Assembly (NCBI GenBank): GCA_965262725.1
Contig: OZ253555.1
Span: forward strand, 3,008,001 to 3,072,000
Origin: Dehalococcoidia bacterium
GTDB taxonomy: Bacteria > Chloroflexota > Dehalococcoidia > UBA2979
Reading direction: 5' to 3'
Length of the DNA stretch: 64,000 bases
Shown: positions 9,664 through 22,092 of the stretch, one piece after another
How positions within the stretch are numbered: position 1 is the stretch's first letter
Layout: each line of letters opens with the position of its first letter
Notes under the pieces: model-generated
What the model saw: the letters and a program-made list of their open reading frames with translations, nothing else
Databases searched by the model: none
Told to the model about the DNA's origin: nothing
Made by a program: the position numbers and the translations under genes

Positions 9664-10617
9664 GTGCAGCTACATCTCGCCCCGCGCGCGCTCGAGCTCC
9701 TGCACCCCGCGCACGTCAACCATGCCGGCGACCTGTGGGGGGCCTGGAACGTGGACCCGCAGCTGCTGGTCCCGCTCGCGCTGGGGGCAGTGTGGTACGC
9801 GCGCGGCCTCTCGCGCTGGCCCGAGCGCAGCCGCGAGCACCCACGCTGGCGCACCGCGCTCTTCTACTCCGGGCTCCTCGTGCTGCTGCTCGCTATCGAA
9901 TCGCCGCTCGACGCGGCGGCGGAGCACCACCTGACCTTCCACATGGTCCAGCACGAGCTGCTCATCCTGATCGCACCGGCGCTGATCCTGCTCGGTGCAC
10001 CGACCACGCCGCTCCTTCGCGGCCTCCCGCGCGAACTCCGGCTCGGCGTTGTGGGGCGCCTCGCGAGGCGCCACGCGGTGCGGAGGGGATGGCGCGTGGC
10101 CACGCACCCCGTCCTCGCCGGAGGGCTCTTCACCAGCGTCCTCTGGCTCTGGCACCTCGCCCCCGGCTGGTACGAGGCGGCACTCACCAACGAGTGGATC
10201 CACGAGCTGCAGCACGCCTCCTTCGCCGCCGTCGGGCTTCTCGTCTGGTGGAACCTGATCGACCCCGCGCCACTGCGGGCACGGCTCGGTTACCTCCCCC
10301 GCATCCTCTTCCTGCTCGCGATCGGCGTGCCGAAGCACATCCTCGGTGCCCTCCTCACGTTCGCGTCGGACCCCTTCTACGAGCACTACGAGGGGCGCCA
10401 GCTCCTAGACATCTCGCTTGCGACCGACCAGCAAATCGCGGGACTCATCATGTGGGCGCCGAGCCAGCTGCTGATGCTCGGCGTCGCGGGGGTGATCTTC
10501 GCCGTCTGGTACGAGAAGAGCGGCCAGAGTCAGCCGGACGAGCCGACCGCGGGCGCGGCGGCAGTGGCGGGCGGCTCGGGAGCGGAGCCGCTCGGCTCGC
10601 GAGAGGCAGGCGCGTAG
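9664..10617 (+). CDS. ctaG: Cytochrome c oxidase assembly factor (Caa3_CtaG family)
   Basis: GAGGAG RBS then GTG; SPLD, HMVQHELL, WLWHLAP, DQQIAGLIMW. Confidence 0.88.
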   Translation: MQLHLAPRALELLHPAHVNHAGDLWGAWNVDPQLLVPLALGAVWYARGLSRWPERSREHPRWRTALFYSGLLVLLLAIESPLDAAAEHHLTFHMVQHELLILIAPALILLGAPTTPLLRGLPRELRLGVVGRLARRHAVRRGWRVATHPVLAGGLFTSVLWLWHLAPGWYEAALTNEWIHELQHASFAAVGLLVWWNLIDPAPLRARLGYLPRILFLLAIGVPKHILGALLTFASDPFYEHYEGRQLLDISLATDQQIAGLIMWAPSQLLMLGVAGVIFAVWYEKSGQSQPDEPTAGAAAVAGGSGAEPLGSREAGA

Positions 10618-10669
10618 GCCCGCTGCCGGTCCGGGGCGAAGGCTGCTGTCGAGGCGTGCCGCGCGAGAG

Positions 10670-10999
10670 CTAGCGGTTGATGATGGCCGGGTCACCCCAG
10701 AACAGCGCGAGCAGCGCGACCATGATCGCGCTGGCGAGCACGAAGCCGAAGACGAAGAGCCGCGTGAGCAGCGCCTGCTCGAAGCGCAGGTGCATGAAGT
10801 AGGCGACGACGATCGCGAACTTGATGGCGGAGAGCACCAGCAGGATCGGGATCAGGAGCACGCCCAGGCCCGGCGTGTAGGAGGCGAAGAGCTCCACGAC
10901 CGTGATCACGGTCAGGAGCAGGCCGATGAGCACGTACTGCCGCACGGTGGGGTGCGGGCGATCGTGCGGCCCGGCCGAGTGTCCGCTCTCGGCGCTCAT
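10670..10999 (-). CDS. ctaF: Cytochrome c oxidase subunit IV
   Basis: Three TM helices, KFAIVVAYFMHLRFE; last gene of the cta operon. Confidence 0.85.
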   Translation of the reverse strand: MSAESGHSAGPHDRPHPTVRQYVLIGLLLTVITVVELFASYTPGLGVLLIPILLVLSAIKFAIVVAYFMHLRFEQALLTRLFVFGFVLASAIMVALLALFWGDPAIINR

Positions 11000-11027
11000 C
11001 TTGTCCTCCCGCCGTCCGTCCCGGCGC

Positions 11028-11705
<678 letters not shown>

Positions 11706-11724
11706 CTCGCTCTCCCCCGCTCCC

Positions 11725-13557
11725 CTAGTGCCCGCTCGCGGCGGGCTCGGGGCCGGTCGGCTCCAGAGCCCAACCCCAGACGCCGTAGATGACCACCACG
11801 ACGCCGAGTGCGAGCACCGCGAGGTGCGAGAGCGCGCCGATGCCCATCAGCGCGAAGCCCACACCGATGAGCAGCGGGTAGTAGGACGGCGGCGGGAGGT
11901 GGATGTGCTCATGCGGGTCCGGCTCGGGCGGCGCGATGCCGTGATCGCGGTCGTACCACACAGGGTCGCGGCCGCGCACCACGGGGACGACGTCGAAGTC
12001 GTGCTCCGGCGGCGGCGAGCTCGTCGCCCACTCGAGCGTCGCCCCGTCCCAGGGGTTGTCGGGCGCGGTGGGTTCCTCCCGCATCGAGCGGAAGAAGTTC
12101 CAGATGAAGACCGCCATGCCGGCCGCGATCGTGAAGGCACCCAGCGTGGCGACGAAGTTCCACGTCTCCCAGCCGAGGCCAGCGTCGTAGGTGTAGATGC
12201 GGCGCGGCATCCCCGAGACACCGAGGAAGTGCATCGGGAAGAAGGTGGCGTTGAGGCCGATGAAGAACAGCCAGAAGTGGAGCTTGCCGAGCCCCTCCGC
12301 GAGGAAGCGGCCGGTGAACTTCGGGAACCAGTAGTAGACGCCGGCGAAGATGCCCATGATCGCGCCGCCGAAGAGAACGTAGTGCAGGTGGGCGACGATG
12401 AAGTACGTGTCCTGCTGCTGCGTGTCGATGGGCGGCGAGGCGTGCATCACACCCGAGATGCCGCCGACGGTGAAGGTCGCGATGAAGCCGACCGCGAAGT
12501 ACATCGCGGTGGTGAAGCGGATGTTCCCCCCGTAGAGCGTCGCCAGCCAGTTGAAGATCTTGACGCCCGTCGGCACCGCGATCGTCATCGTGGTCGCAGA
12601 GAAGACGACGCGCGGCACGGCGCCGAGCCCCGAGGTGAACATGTGGTGGCTCCAGACGGCGAAACCCAGCACCGCGATCGAGACTCCGGCGAAGACCACT
12701 GCGCCGTAGCCGAAGAGCGGCTTGCGCGCGAAGGTCGGCAGCACCTCCGAGACGATCCCCATCGCCGGGAGGATCAGCACGTAGACCTCGGGATGCCCGA
12801 AAATCCAGAAGATGTGCTGCCAGAGCACCGGGTCGCCGCCGCCCTCCGGGATGAAGAAGTTGGTCGTGAAGTTGCGGTCGAAGTAGAGCTGGACGAGGCC
12901 GACCGTGAGCACCGGGAGCGAGAGCACCAGCAGCCAGGCGACGATCATCGTCATCCAGACGAAGACGGGGAGGCGGAACATCGTCATCCCCGGCGCGCGC
13001 AGGTTGATGATGGTGACGATGAAGTTGAGCGAGGCGATCAAGGACGAGGTGCCGAGGATGATCAAGGACACCGTGTAGAAGTCCATCGAGCGGCCGGTCG
13101 AGTAGGTGTTCTCGGTGAGCGGCGCGTAGGCGAACCAGCCCGTGTCCGGCGCGCCCCCGAGCAACCAGCTCGCGTTCAGCATCAGCGCCCCCGAGAGGAA
13201 GATCCAGTAGGAGAGCGCGTTGAGCCGGGGGAAGGCAACGTCGCGCGCGCCGATCATCAGCGGCACCAGCCAGTTGAAGAACGCCGCGCCCAGCGGCATC
13301 ACGCCCAGGAAGATCATCGTGAGCGCGTGCATGCTGAAGAGCGCGTTAAACAGGTCGGCGTCCACCACCTCGCCGTTGGGGACCGTGAGCTGGCTGCGGA
13401 TCAGGAGCGCCTCGGTACCGGCGACGACGAAGAACACCATTCCGGAGACGCCGTAGAGCGTCCCGATCCGCTTATGGTCGACCGTCGTGAGCCAGGACCA
13501 GATGCCGGAGGGCGCCTGGACGGCAGGCGGGGCGAGCGTGCCAGCGGCGGTCGCCAT
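11725..13557 (-). CDS. ctaD: Cytochrome c oxidase subunit I (type A1, caa3-like C-terminal extension)
   Basis: TVDHKRIG, GHPEVY, WSHHMF, VAHLHYV, MPRR. Confidence 0.97.
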   Translation of the reverse strand: MATAAGTLAPPAVQAPSGIWSWLTTVDHKRIGTLYGVSGMVFFVVAGTEALLIRSQLTVPNGEVVDADLFNALFSMHALTMIFLGVMPLGAAFFNWLVPLMIGARDVAFPRLNALSYWIFLSGALMLNASWLLGGAPDTGWFAYAPLTENTYSTGRSMDFYTVSLIILGTSSLIASLNFIVTIINLRAPGMTMFRLPVFVWMTMIVAWLLVLSLPVLTVGLVQLYFDRNFTTNFFIPEGGGDPVLWQHIFWIFGHPEVYVLILPAMGIVSEVLPTFARKPLFGYGAVVFAGVSIAVLGFAVWSHHMFTSGLGAVPRVVFSATTMTIAVPTGVKIFNWLATLYGGNIRFTTAMYFAVGFIATFTVGGISGVMHASPPIDTQQQDTYFIVAHLHYVLFGGAIMGIFAGVYYWFPKFTGRFLAEGLGKLHFWLFFIGLNATFFPMHFLGVSGMPRRIYTYDAGLGWETWNFVATLGAFTIAAGMAVFIWNFFRSMREEPTAPDNPWDGATLEWATSSPPPEHDFDVVPVVRGRDPVWYDRDHGIAPPEPDPHEHIHLPPPSYYPLLIGVGFALMGIGALSHLAVLALGVVVVIYGVWGWALEPTGPEPAASGH

Positions 13558-13620
13558 ACTCCGTGCCTCCCTCAGCGGCCGAGCGCGCTCGGCGCCGGCT
13601 CCCGCGCGTCAGACGCGCCG

Positions 13621-14721
13621 CTACTTGAGCTCCCGCAGGTACGCGGTGATCGCCGTGATCTGCTCGTTGGTCAGGTGCTCGCCCCACGCCGGCATGCCGT
13701 TCTGGCGCACCGTGACGCCGGGCTTGATGTCGTCCGGGTTCGAGATCCAGCGTTGGAGCTCGCGCTCCACGCGATCGGGATCCTCGGAGCTCGCAAAGCC
13801 GTCGCGGATCCCGGCGAAGAGCGTCGAGCGGGAGGCGACGTGCGTCAGGTCGGGGCCGATCAGCCCGACGGCCGGCGTCCCCTTCACGGTGTGACAGCCG
13901 ACGCACGGCGTCACGCCCAGAGCGAGGATCGGGTTCTGGAAGAGCGCCGCCCCCTCCTGGGCGAGTTCCGAGAGCGCCTCCGCGGCGACGGGCGGGGCGA
14001 GCTGCGCCTCGACCCACGCGTCGAAGTCGGCCTGCTCGTCGACGAAGACGCGGAAGCGCATGTTCGCGTGCGAGGTGCCGCAGAACTCGACGCACTGGCC
14101 GAGGTAGGCCTGATCGCGCACCTCGTTCGGCGTGAAGAGGACTGCGTGTTCGCGGCCCGGCACCATGTCGACCTTGCCGACGAGCTTCGGGATCCAGAAG
14201 GAGTGGATCACGTCTTCCGAGCGGAGCGCGACGTAGACGGGCCTGTCCACGGGGACACGCATCTCGTTCGCCGTCACGATGCCGAGGTCTGTGTAGCGGA
14301 ACTCGAACCACCACTGGTGGCCTATCGCCTCCACGCGGATCGCACCCTCGGGCAGGTTGTCCGCGTCGGGTTCGAGGTCCGCGATCGCCGTCACCGTCGG
14401 CACGAAGATCGCCACGAGTATGACAACCGGGAGCAGGGTCCACACGATCTCGAGCCGCGTGTTGCCGTGGATCTGCTTGGCGACGCGGCCCGGCCGCTCG
14501 CGGAACCAGATGGAGAGGACGAGCGTCGCCCCCAGCACTCCCACGAAGACCACCGTCGCGAGCCAGAAGACGACGACGTAGACGTTCTGCACCGTCTGCG
14601 TGGCGTCGGACTTCGGATCAATGGTGGACTGCGGGTCGCTGCAGGCGGTGAGCGCGAGTCCGGTAAGGAGCATCGCGGCGGCCACAGAAAGGCGCCGCGC
14701 GTGCACGCGATCGAGGCGCAC
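13621..14721 (-). CDS. ctaC: Cytochrome c oxidase subunit II with a fused cytochrome c domain (caa3), lipoprotein
   Basis: LTAC lipobox, HQWWF, DVIHSFW, CVEFCGTSHANM (CuA), CVGCH heme c motif; start chosen at the GTG after GGGAGG. Confidence 0.93.
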   Translation of the reverse strand: MRLDRVHARRLSVAAAMLLTGLALTACSDPQSTIDPKSDATQTVQNVYVVVFWLATVVFVGVLGATLVLSIWFRERPGRVAKQIHGNTRLEIVWTLLPVVILVAIFVPTVTAIADLEPDADNLPEGAIRVEAIGHQWWFEFRYTDLGIVTANEMRVPVDRPVYVALRSEDVIHSFWIPKLVGKVDMVPGREHAVLFTPNEVRDQAYLGQCVEFCGTSHANMRFRVFVDEQADFDAWVEAQLAPPVAAEALSELAQEGAALFQNPILALGVTPCVGCHTVKGTPAVGLIGPDLTHVASRSTLFAGIRDGFASSEDPDRVERELQRWISNPDDIKPGVTVRQNGMPAWGEHLTNEQITAITAYLRELK

Positions 14722-14879
14722 CGCCACCTCCCGTCGGGCTCGCCGGCGCCCTGCCCTCGAATCGCCGCACGGCCGCGCGTACAGTCGCACCAGCCCGCGC
14801 ATCGGTCAACTGCCGCGAGCGCCGCCCCGGCGGCCGGGCGCGTTGATCGGCGCTCGGTGGGGTCGTAGCCTCTCCCCCG

Positions 14880-15446
14880 ATGTCCCACTCTCCGGCGAAG
14901 CTGATTCGGCGGGCGGGACCACCCCGCCTTGCGCTGGGCGCAGTCGGCGTGGTGCTCGCGCTCCTGCTCGCGGCGCTCGGCGTCGCAATCGACCGCGGCG
15001 TCGGCGACTCGCCCCTCGGGGAGAGCCCCGCCGCCTTCCGGCTCGCCCCCGACTTCACCGCCGAGACCCTGGACGGCGAGAGCTTCAGCCTCGGCCGCCA
15101 CTCAGGTGGCCCGCTCTTCCTCTACTTCTGGGCCTCGTGGTGCGCCCCCTGCGAACGCGAGGCGCCCCTCATCGAGCGGCTCTGGCAGGAGTACGAGGCG
15201 AGGGGGTACACCTTCGTCGGCGTGAACGTGATGGACAATCACACGGACGCCGTTGCCTTCGCCCGCCGGCACGGGCTGACTTTCCCGATCGTGCGCGGGG
15301 CCGACGTCTACCTCGACTACGGTGTGATCGCCCTGCCGGAGGCCTTCTTCCTGCTGCCGGGACTCCGCGTCTCCGGGAAGTACTTCGGAGAGCTGCGGGA
15401 GGCCGACTTCCGTGCGATGCTGGAGCGTCTGGCGGAGGGGACCTGA
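14880..15446 (+). CDS. TlpA/ResA/CcmG-like thiol-disulfide oxidoreductase
   Basis: N-terminal TM, APDF, FWASWCAPC, YGVIALPE. Confidence 0.9.
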   Translation: MSHSPAKLIRRAGPPRLALGAVGVVLALLLAALGVAIDRGVGDSPLGESPAAFRLAPDFTAETLDGESFSLGRHSGGPLFLYFWASWCAPCEREAPLIERLWQEYEARGYTFVGVNVMDNHTDAVAFARRHGLTFPIVRGADVYLDYGVIALPEAFFLLPGLRVSGKYFGELREADFRAMLERLAEGT

Positions 15447-15448
15447 GC

Positions 15449-15918
15449 ATGCGTCGGCCGACCGCCTCCCTCCTCCCCCGTCGCCTCTCCCGCCGGGGAC
15501 GCCTCGTCGCTCTCTTCCTCGTCGCCTCGCTCGCGATCGGGACGCTGGCCGCCGTCGCGGCCTCCTCCTCCCTCTCCTACTACGTCACGCCCGAGGAGTT
15601 CGCGCAGGAGATCGACCCGGAGGGCGGGCGCTGGCGTGTGGGCGGGCGCGTCGTGCCCGGCACGATCGCCGAGAGCCCCGGCCATCCCATCGCCTTCGAG
15701 ATCGAGGGCGAAGAGGGTGAGCGGATGGCGATCACCTACGACGGCGTCGTCCCGGGACTCTTCGGCCCCCGCACCTTCGTCGTCGTCGAGGGCGTGGCCG
15801 ACGGCCCGGCGCACCTCATGGCCTTCTCGGTCGTGATCAAGCATGAGAACGAGTTCGTGACCGACGCCGCCGACACCGACGTCTTCGTGCCGGAGCGCAC
15901 CTCCTCCGCCGGATCCCC

Positions 15919-15922
<4 letters not shown>
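15449..15922 (+). CDS. ccmE: Heme chaperone CcmE (HxxxF variant)
   Basis: SYYVTPEE, RVGGRV, YDGVVPGLF, VVVEG, KHENEF. Confidence 0.88.
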
Positions 15923-17922
<2,000 letters not shown>

Positions 17923-17929
17923 GGCCCCG

Positions 17930-18391
17930 GTGGAGGCGAGGCGTGGACGGGCGGGGACCGCGCACGTCGCGGGGGGAGCGGCGCTCGTGGCGGCCGCACT
18001 CCTCCTCGCCGCGACGGCCCTGTCGGGCGGGGCGCACCCCGCGGCCGCCCAGCAGGTCGACCCCGAGCAGCAGCTCGCCATCGAGCGGCAGCTGCTCTGC
18101 CCCCAGTGCGTGAACGAGCGGCTCGATCAGTGTGATCGGGCGATCTGCGAGGACATGCGCGCGACCATCCGGGAGCAGCTCGCGGCCGGCACGCCCCCCG
18201 ATCAGATCGTCTTCTTCTTCCGCGCGCGCTACGGGGATCGCGTTCTCGCGCAGATCCCGCGGGAGGGGTTCAACCTGCTGCTCTTCGGGTGGGTCGGCGG
18301 CTCGCTTCTCCTCGTCTCGCTCGGAGGCGGCTTCGCGCTGTGGAGGATGCGCCGCTCCGCCGGCGCGGCGACCGACGGCGAGGAGCCCTAG
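17930..18391 (+). CDS. ccmH: CcmH/NrfF-family cytochrome c biogenesis protein
   Basis: LLCPQC, MRATIREQL, FRARYGDRVL, C-terminal TM. Confidence 0.85.
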   Translation: MEARRGRAGTAHVAGGAALVAAALLLAATALSGGAHPAAAQQVDPEQQLAIERQLLCPQCVNERLDQCDRAICEDMRATIREQLAAGTPPDQIVFFFRARYGDRVLAQIPREGFNLLLFGWVGGSLLLVSLGGGFALWRMRRSAGAATDGEEP

Positions 18392-18392
18392 C

Positions 18393-18671
18393 GTGGAGTG
18401 GCTCCTGCTCGCCGTCGTCGTGCTGGCAACGGCCGCCTTCGTCGCGCCGGCGTTCCGCGAGTCCGGCCGGGAGGGGCCCGGGCCGGCCGAGGCCGCGCGT
18501 CAGGCGCGCGAGGAGCGGCGGCGGATCCTGGGCGAGTTCCGCGCGATCGATGCCGCGCGGGCGGCCGGACGCCTGAGCGCCGAGGAGCGGCTCGCGAGGC
18601 GGCGGGCGCTGTCTCCACGCCTGCTCGCCGCCGCCAGAGAGCCGGGGACCCGCCCGGAGCGGGAGGCGTGA
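18393..18671 (+). CDS. Small membrane protein, CcmI N-terminus-like
   Basis: TM helix then a charged helix (ILGEFRAIDAARAAGRLSAEE); lies inside the ccm operon. Confidence 0.55.
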   Translation: MEWLLLAVVVLATAAFVAPAFRESGREGPGPAEAARQAREERRRILGEFRAIDAARAAGRLSAEERLARRRALSPRLLAAAREPGTRPEREA

Positions 18672-19735
18672 GGTGCTTCCTCGGGGACGGGGCGCGGCGG
18701 CTCGTCGTCGCGGCCGCGCTCGCGGCGGGGGCGCTCGCCGCGGGCGCGATGGCGACTCCGGCCACCGAGGCGCAGGCGCCGCCCGGCTCCGGCGGTGGCG
18801 AGCGTGGCCGCGTCGTCGTGCTCGTCGTCCCCGGCACGGCCGGGGCGAGCCTCGCGGGGGAGGTCGAGATCGAGCTCATCACGCTCGGCGAGGCCGCGGG
18901 CATCGGCGTGGCGCGCGCGTCGGCTGCGGGGGGGCGTGCCGAGTTCACCGTCCCCACCGACCCGATGCTGACACACGTGCCGCTCGTGAGTTACCGGGGC
19001 GTGCAGTACTTCGGCGACGCCGTGGTTCTCTCCCCCGAGCTCCCCGCCGCCGAGGTCTCGGTGCGCGTCTACGAGCCGACGGCGGAGCCTCCGCCGCTTG
19101 CTGTGCGGGCGACCACGGTCACCGTGCTCGCGCTCGACCGCGCGTCGGCGGAGCTGACGCTGGCCAGGGAGGATCTCGTCGAGAACCCCTCCGACCGAGT
19201 CTACGTCGGGTCCGGCACGTCGGGCGTGACGCTCCGCATCCCGCTACCGGAAGAGACGCGCGACGCCGCGGGGCTCAGCGAGGAGGGGAGCTTCGAGCTC
19301 GGCTCCGGCACGCTCGACGTGGCGCTTCCGCTCCGGCCCGGCGTGACCTCCGTCGTCACCACCTACAGGGTCGGCTACGATCCCGCGCGGGACGCCTACC
19401 GGCTGCGCGTGACGGCACCCCTCCCGACCGGGCGCGTCGAGGTCCTCGTCCCCGAGCGCTTCGTCGAGGAGCTCAGGGCGCTCGACGGCGCCGAACTGGC
19501 TCCCAGCACCGAGGTCGAGGGCGAGCCGGCGCTGGTGGCGAGACGCGCGGGCCCGGCGCGCGAGGGGGAGGGGACGCTCGTGGAGCTGCGCGGTCTCTCC
19601 GGAAGCACCGCCTCCAATCCGCTGACCGAGGGGCGGGGCCCGCTCGCCGCGACCGCGCTCGCGCTCGTGCTGCTCCCGGCCGCGGCGTGGGCGCTCGCCC
19701 GGAGCGCGCGCGCGCGGGGGGCGCAGACGCCGTGA
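18668..19735 (+). CDS. Exported beta-rich protein with a C-terminal TM anchor, ccm-operon associated
   Basis: Signal peptide (...ATEAQA), beta-rich body, C-terminal hydrophobic helix; GTGA overlaps on both sides. Confidence 0.7.
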   Translation: MRCFLGDGARRLVVAAALAAGALAAGAMATPATEAQAPPGSGGGERGRVVVLVVPGTAGASLAGEVEIELITLGEAAGIGVARASAAGGRAEFTVPTDPMLTHVPLVSYRGVQYFGDAVVLSPELPAAEVSVRVYEPTAEPPPLAVRATTVTVLALDRASAELTLAREDLVENPSDRVYVGSGTSGVTLRIPLPEETRDAAGLSEEGSFELGSGTLDVALPLRPGVTSVVTTYRVGYDPARDAYRLRVTAPLPTGRVEVLVPERFVEELRALDGAELAPSTEVEGEPALVARRAGPAREGEGTLVELRGLSGSTASNPLTEGRGPLAATALALVLLPAAAWALARSARARGAQTP

Positions 19736-20466
19736 GCGGCGAGCGCTCGGGCCACCCCGGGCCGTGCGGGATGGAGATCGAGGCGCGCGGCCTCACCAAG
19801 AGCTACCGCGGGGTGGTTGCCGTCGACGACGTGAGCTTTTCCCTGGCCCCCGGCTCACGGACGGCGCTGCTCGGGGCGAATGGCGCGGGCAAGAGCACGC
19901 TCCTCGCGCTGCTCGCGACGCTGATCTCCCCCACGAAGGGGTCGGCCTTCATCGGGGGCGCGGAGGTGGCGGAGGCCGGGGGCGACCTTCGCCGCCAGAT
20001 CGGCTTCATGGGACATCTCCCGATGCTCTACGAGGAGCTCACCCCCTCAGAGAACCTTCGCTTCTTCGCGCGCCTCTACGACGTCGACGCCGGGGCGGAG
20101 CGCGCCGGGGAGCTGCTCCGCGCGGTCGGGCTCTGGGCGCGGCGCGACGAGCCCACCTCGGTGCTCTCGCGCGGGATGCACCAGCGCCTCGCGCTCGCGC
20201 GCGCCGTGCTCCACCGCCCGCGCGTGCTCCTCCTCGACGAGCCCGAGACCGGCCTCGACCCAGACGGGCTCGAGATCCTCGAGCGGCTCGCGCTGGGCGA
20301 CGAGGGCCCGACCGTGCTCGCCGCCACACACCGGCCGGAGCGCGTCGGGCGCTGGGCGACCGGGCGGCTCGTCCTCGACCGCGGCCGCGTCGTGGAGGAG
20401 GAGGCGGCGGCGCGCGGAACGCCCGATGCAGTGGGCGCCGGGGCAGCGGAGGGGGACGCGACGTGA
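19732..20466 (+). CDS. ccmA: Heme exporter ABC ATPase CcmA
   Basis: GANGAGKST, LSRGMHQR, LLLDEP; alternative ATG at 19771. Confidence 0.9.
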   Translation: MSGERSGHPGPCGMEIEARGLTKSYRGVVAVDDVSFSLAPGSRTALLGANGAGKSTLLALLATLISPTKGSAFIGGAEVAEAGGDLRRQIGFMGHLPMLYEELTPSENLRFFARLYDVDAGAERAGELLRAVGLWARRDEPTSVLSRGMHQRLALARAVLHRPRVLLLDEPETGLDPDGLEILERLALGDEGPTVLAATHRPERVGRWATGRLVLDRGRVVEEEAAARGTPDAVGAGAAEGDAT

Positions 20467-21119
20467 GGGCCGCTCTCGCCGTCATGGAGAAGGATCTCCG
20501 GCTCGCCTGGCGTGATCGGGCGGGCTGGCTGACGGCGGGGAGCTTCGCCGCGATCTCGGTGCTCGTCTACTCCTTCGCGCTCGACCTCGCCGCTCGCGAC
20601 GTGCGGCCGCTCCTCCCAGGGTTGCTGTGGGTCACCTTCCTCTTCGCCGGCATCATCTCCTCCGGTGCCGCCTTCCACGGCGAGGGGGAGCGCGGGACGC
20701 TCGACGCCCAGCTGCTCGCGCCCGTCGCCCGCACGGCCCTGTACGCCGGGAAGCTCCTCGCCAACCTGCTGGCTCTGCTCGCCGTTGAGGTTGCCACTCT
20801 CGCCCTCGCCACTATCCTGTTCAACGAGCCGCTCCTCACCCCCGAGCTCGGTGGGATACTGCTTGTGGGGACCGCTGGGTACGTCTCGCTCGTCACCGTA
20901 CTCGCGACACTCGGGAGCCGCGTGCGGGCGCGCGCCGTGCTGATGCCGGTGCTCGCGCTCCCCCTGCTCGTGCCGCTCCTGATTGCGGCGGTGCGCGCGA
21001 CGGGGGCCGCGCTGGGGGAGCCGGCCGGGGAGGCGCCGTGGCTGCTCCTGCTCGCGGTCTTCACGGCGTGGTCGGCGATCGGGAGCGCCCTCCTCTTCCC
21101 GCTGGCGGTCGAGCGATGA
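20463..21119 (+). CDS. ccmB: Heme exporter permease CcmB
   Basis: KDLRLAWR, PGLLWV, EGERGTLD, LMPVLALPLLVP. Confidence 0.9.
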   Translation: MRAALAVMEKDLRLAWRDRAGWLTAGSFAAISVLVYSFALDLAARDVRPLLPGLLWVTFLFAGIISSGAAFHGEGERGTLDAQLLAPVARTALYAGKLLANLLALLAVEVATLALATILFNEPLLTPELGGILLVGTAGYVSLVTVLATLGSRVRARAVLMPVLALPLLVPLLIAAVRATGAALGEPAGEAPWLLLLAVFTAWSAIGSALLFPLAVER

Positions 21120-21141
21120 GCACGCTCGCGGCCGGGCCACG

Positions 21142-21882
21142 ATGAGCGCCCTCGGTCGGTTCGCGTCGGGCTGGGCCGAGCGCGGCTACGCGCTGCGCTG
21201 GGCGGTGCTCCCCCCCGTCACCGGCGTGGCGATGTTCGCGTTGCTCGTGGGCGCGGTGATCGCGGCCCCGCGGGAGGCCGTGGAGGGGGAGGTGCAGCGC
21301 ATCTTCTACATCCACGTCCCCTCGGCCCTCGCCTCCTACCTCGGGGTCGGCATCGCCTCCCTCGCCTCGGTGGTGCTCCTGTGGCGGCGCGACATGCGAT
21401 GGGACGCGGTGGCCCGCGCGGGTGCGATGGCCGGCGTGCTCTTCACCGGGCTCACGCTCGCCACCGGCATGATCTGGGGGAAGCCGATCTGGGGCGTGTG
21501 GTGGACGTGGGACGCGCGCCTCACCAGCACGCTCGTCCTCTTCCTGCTCTACTCCGCCTACCTGCTCGCGCGGCAGCTCGCCGACGAGGCCGATGAGCAG
21601 GCGGCGCGCTTCGCCGCGATCTTCGCCATCGTCGCCTTCATCGACATCCCGATCATCAACATGTCGGTGCGCTGGTGGCGCACGCTGCACCCGCAACCGA
21701 TCGTCTTCGATCCGTTCGGCGAGCAGGCGCTCCCCGGATCGATGATGCTGGTGCTCGTGATCGGGATCGTCGCGGTCGGCGCCCTCGCCCTCTGGCTGGT
21801 GGTGCTCCGGTCGGAGGCCGAGGGGCTCGCGCAGCGGGCCACAGCCGTGCGCCAGCTCATCGACCGCAGGGAGGCGCGCTGA
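21142..21882 (+). CDS. ccmC: Heme exporter/cytochrome c assembly protein CcmC
   Basis: RIFYIHVP, WGKPIWGVWWTWDARLTS (WWD domain), SVRWWRTLHP. Confidence 0.95.
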   Translation: MSALGRFASGWAERGYALRWAVLPPVTGVAMFALLVGAVIAAPREAVEGEVQRIFYIHVPSALASYLGVGIASLASVVLLWRRDMRWDAVARAGAMAGVLFTGLTLATGMIWGKPIWGVWWTWDARLTSTLVLFLLYSAYLLARQLADEADEQAARFAAIFAIVAFIDIPIINMSVRWWRTLHPQPIVFDPFGEQALPGSMMLVLVIGIVAVGALALWLVVLRSEAEGLAQRATAVRQLIDRREAR

Positions 21883-22091
21883 TGGACCACCTGGAGTTCC
21901 TGTTCGCGGGCTTCGCCGTCTTCTGGGCGGGTCTCTTCGTCTACCTCCTCTTCCTGCAGGCGCGGCTGCGGGGACTCACCCGCGAGATCCAGCGCCTCGA
22001 GGAGCGCCTCACCGAGTCCGCCTCGGGTGGGCCGAGACCGGGGAACGCCCCGGAGGAGGCGGGCCCGGGCGCGGCGGAGGGCGGCGGGTAG
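21882..22091 (+). CDS. ccmD: CcmD family small membrane protein
   Basis: FLFAGFAVFWAGLFVYL followed by a coiled tail; directly after ccmC. Confidence 0.75.
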   Translation: MDHLEFLFAGFAVFWAGLFVYLLFLQARLRGLTREIQRLEERLTESASGGPRPGNAPEEAGPGAAEGGG

Positions 22092-22092
22092 C

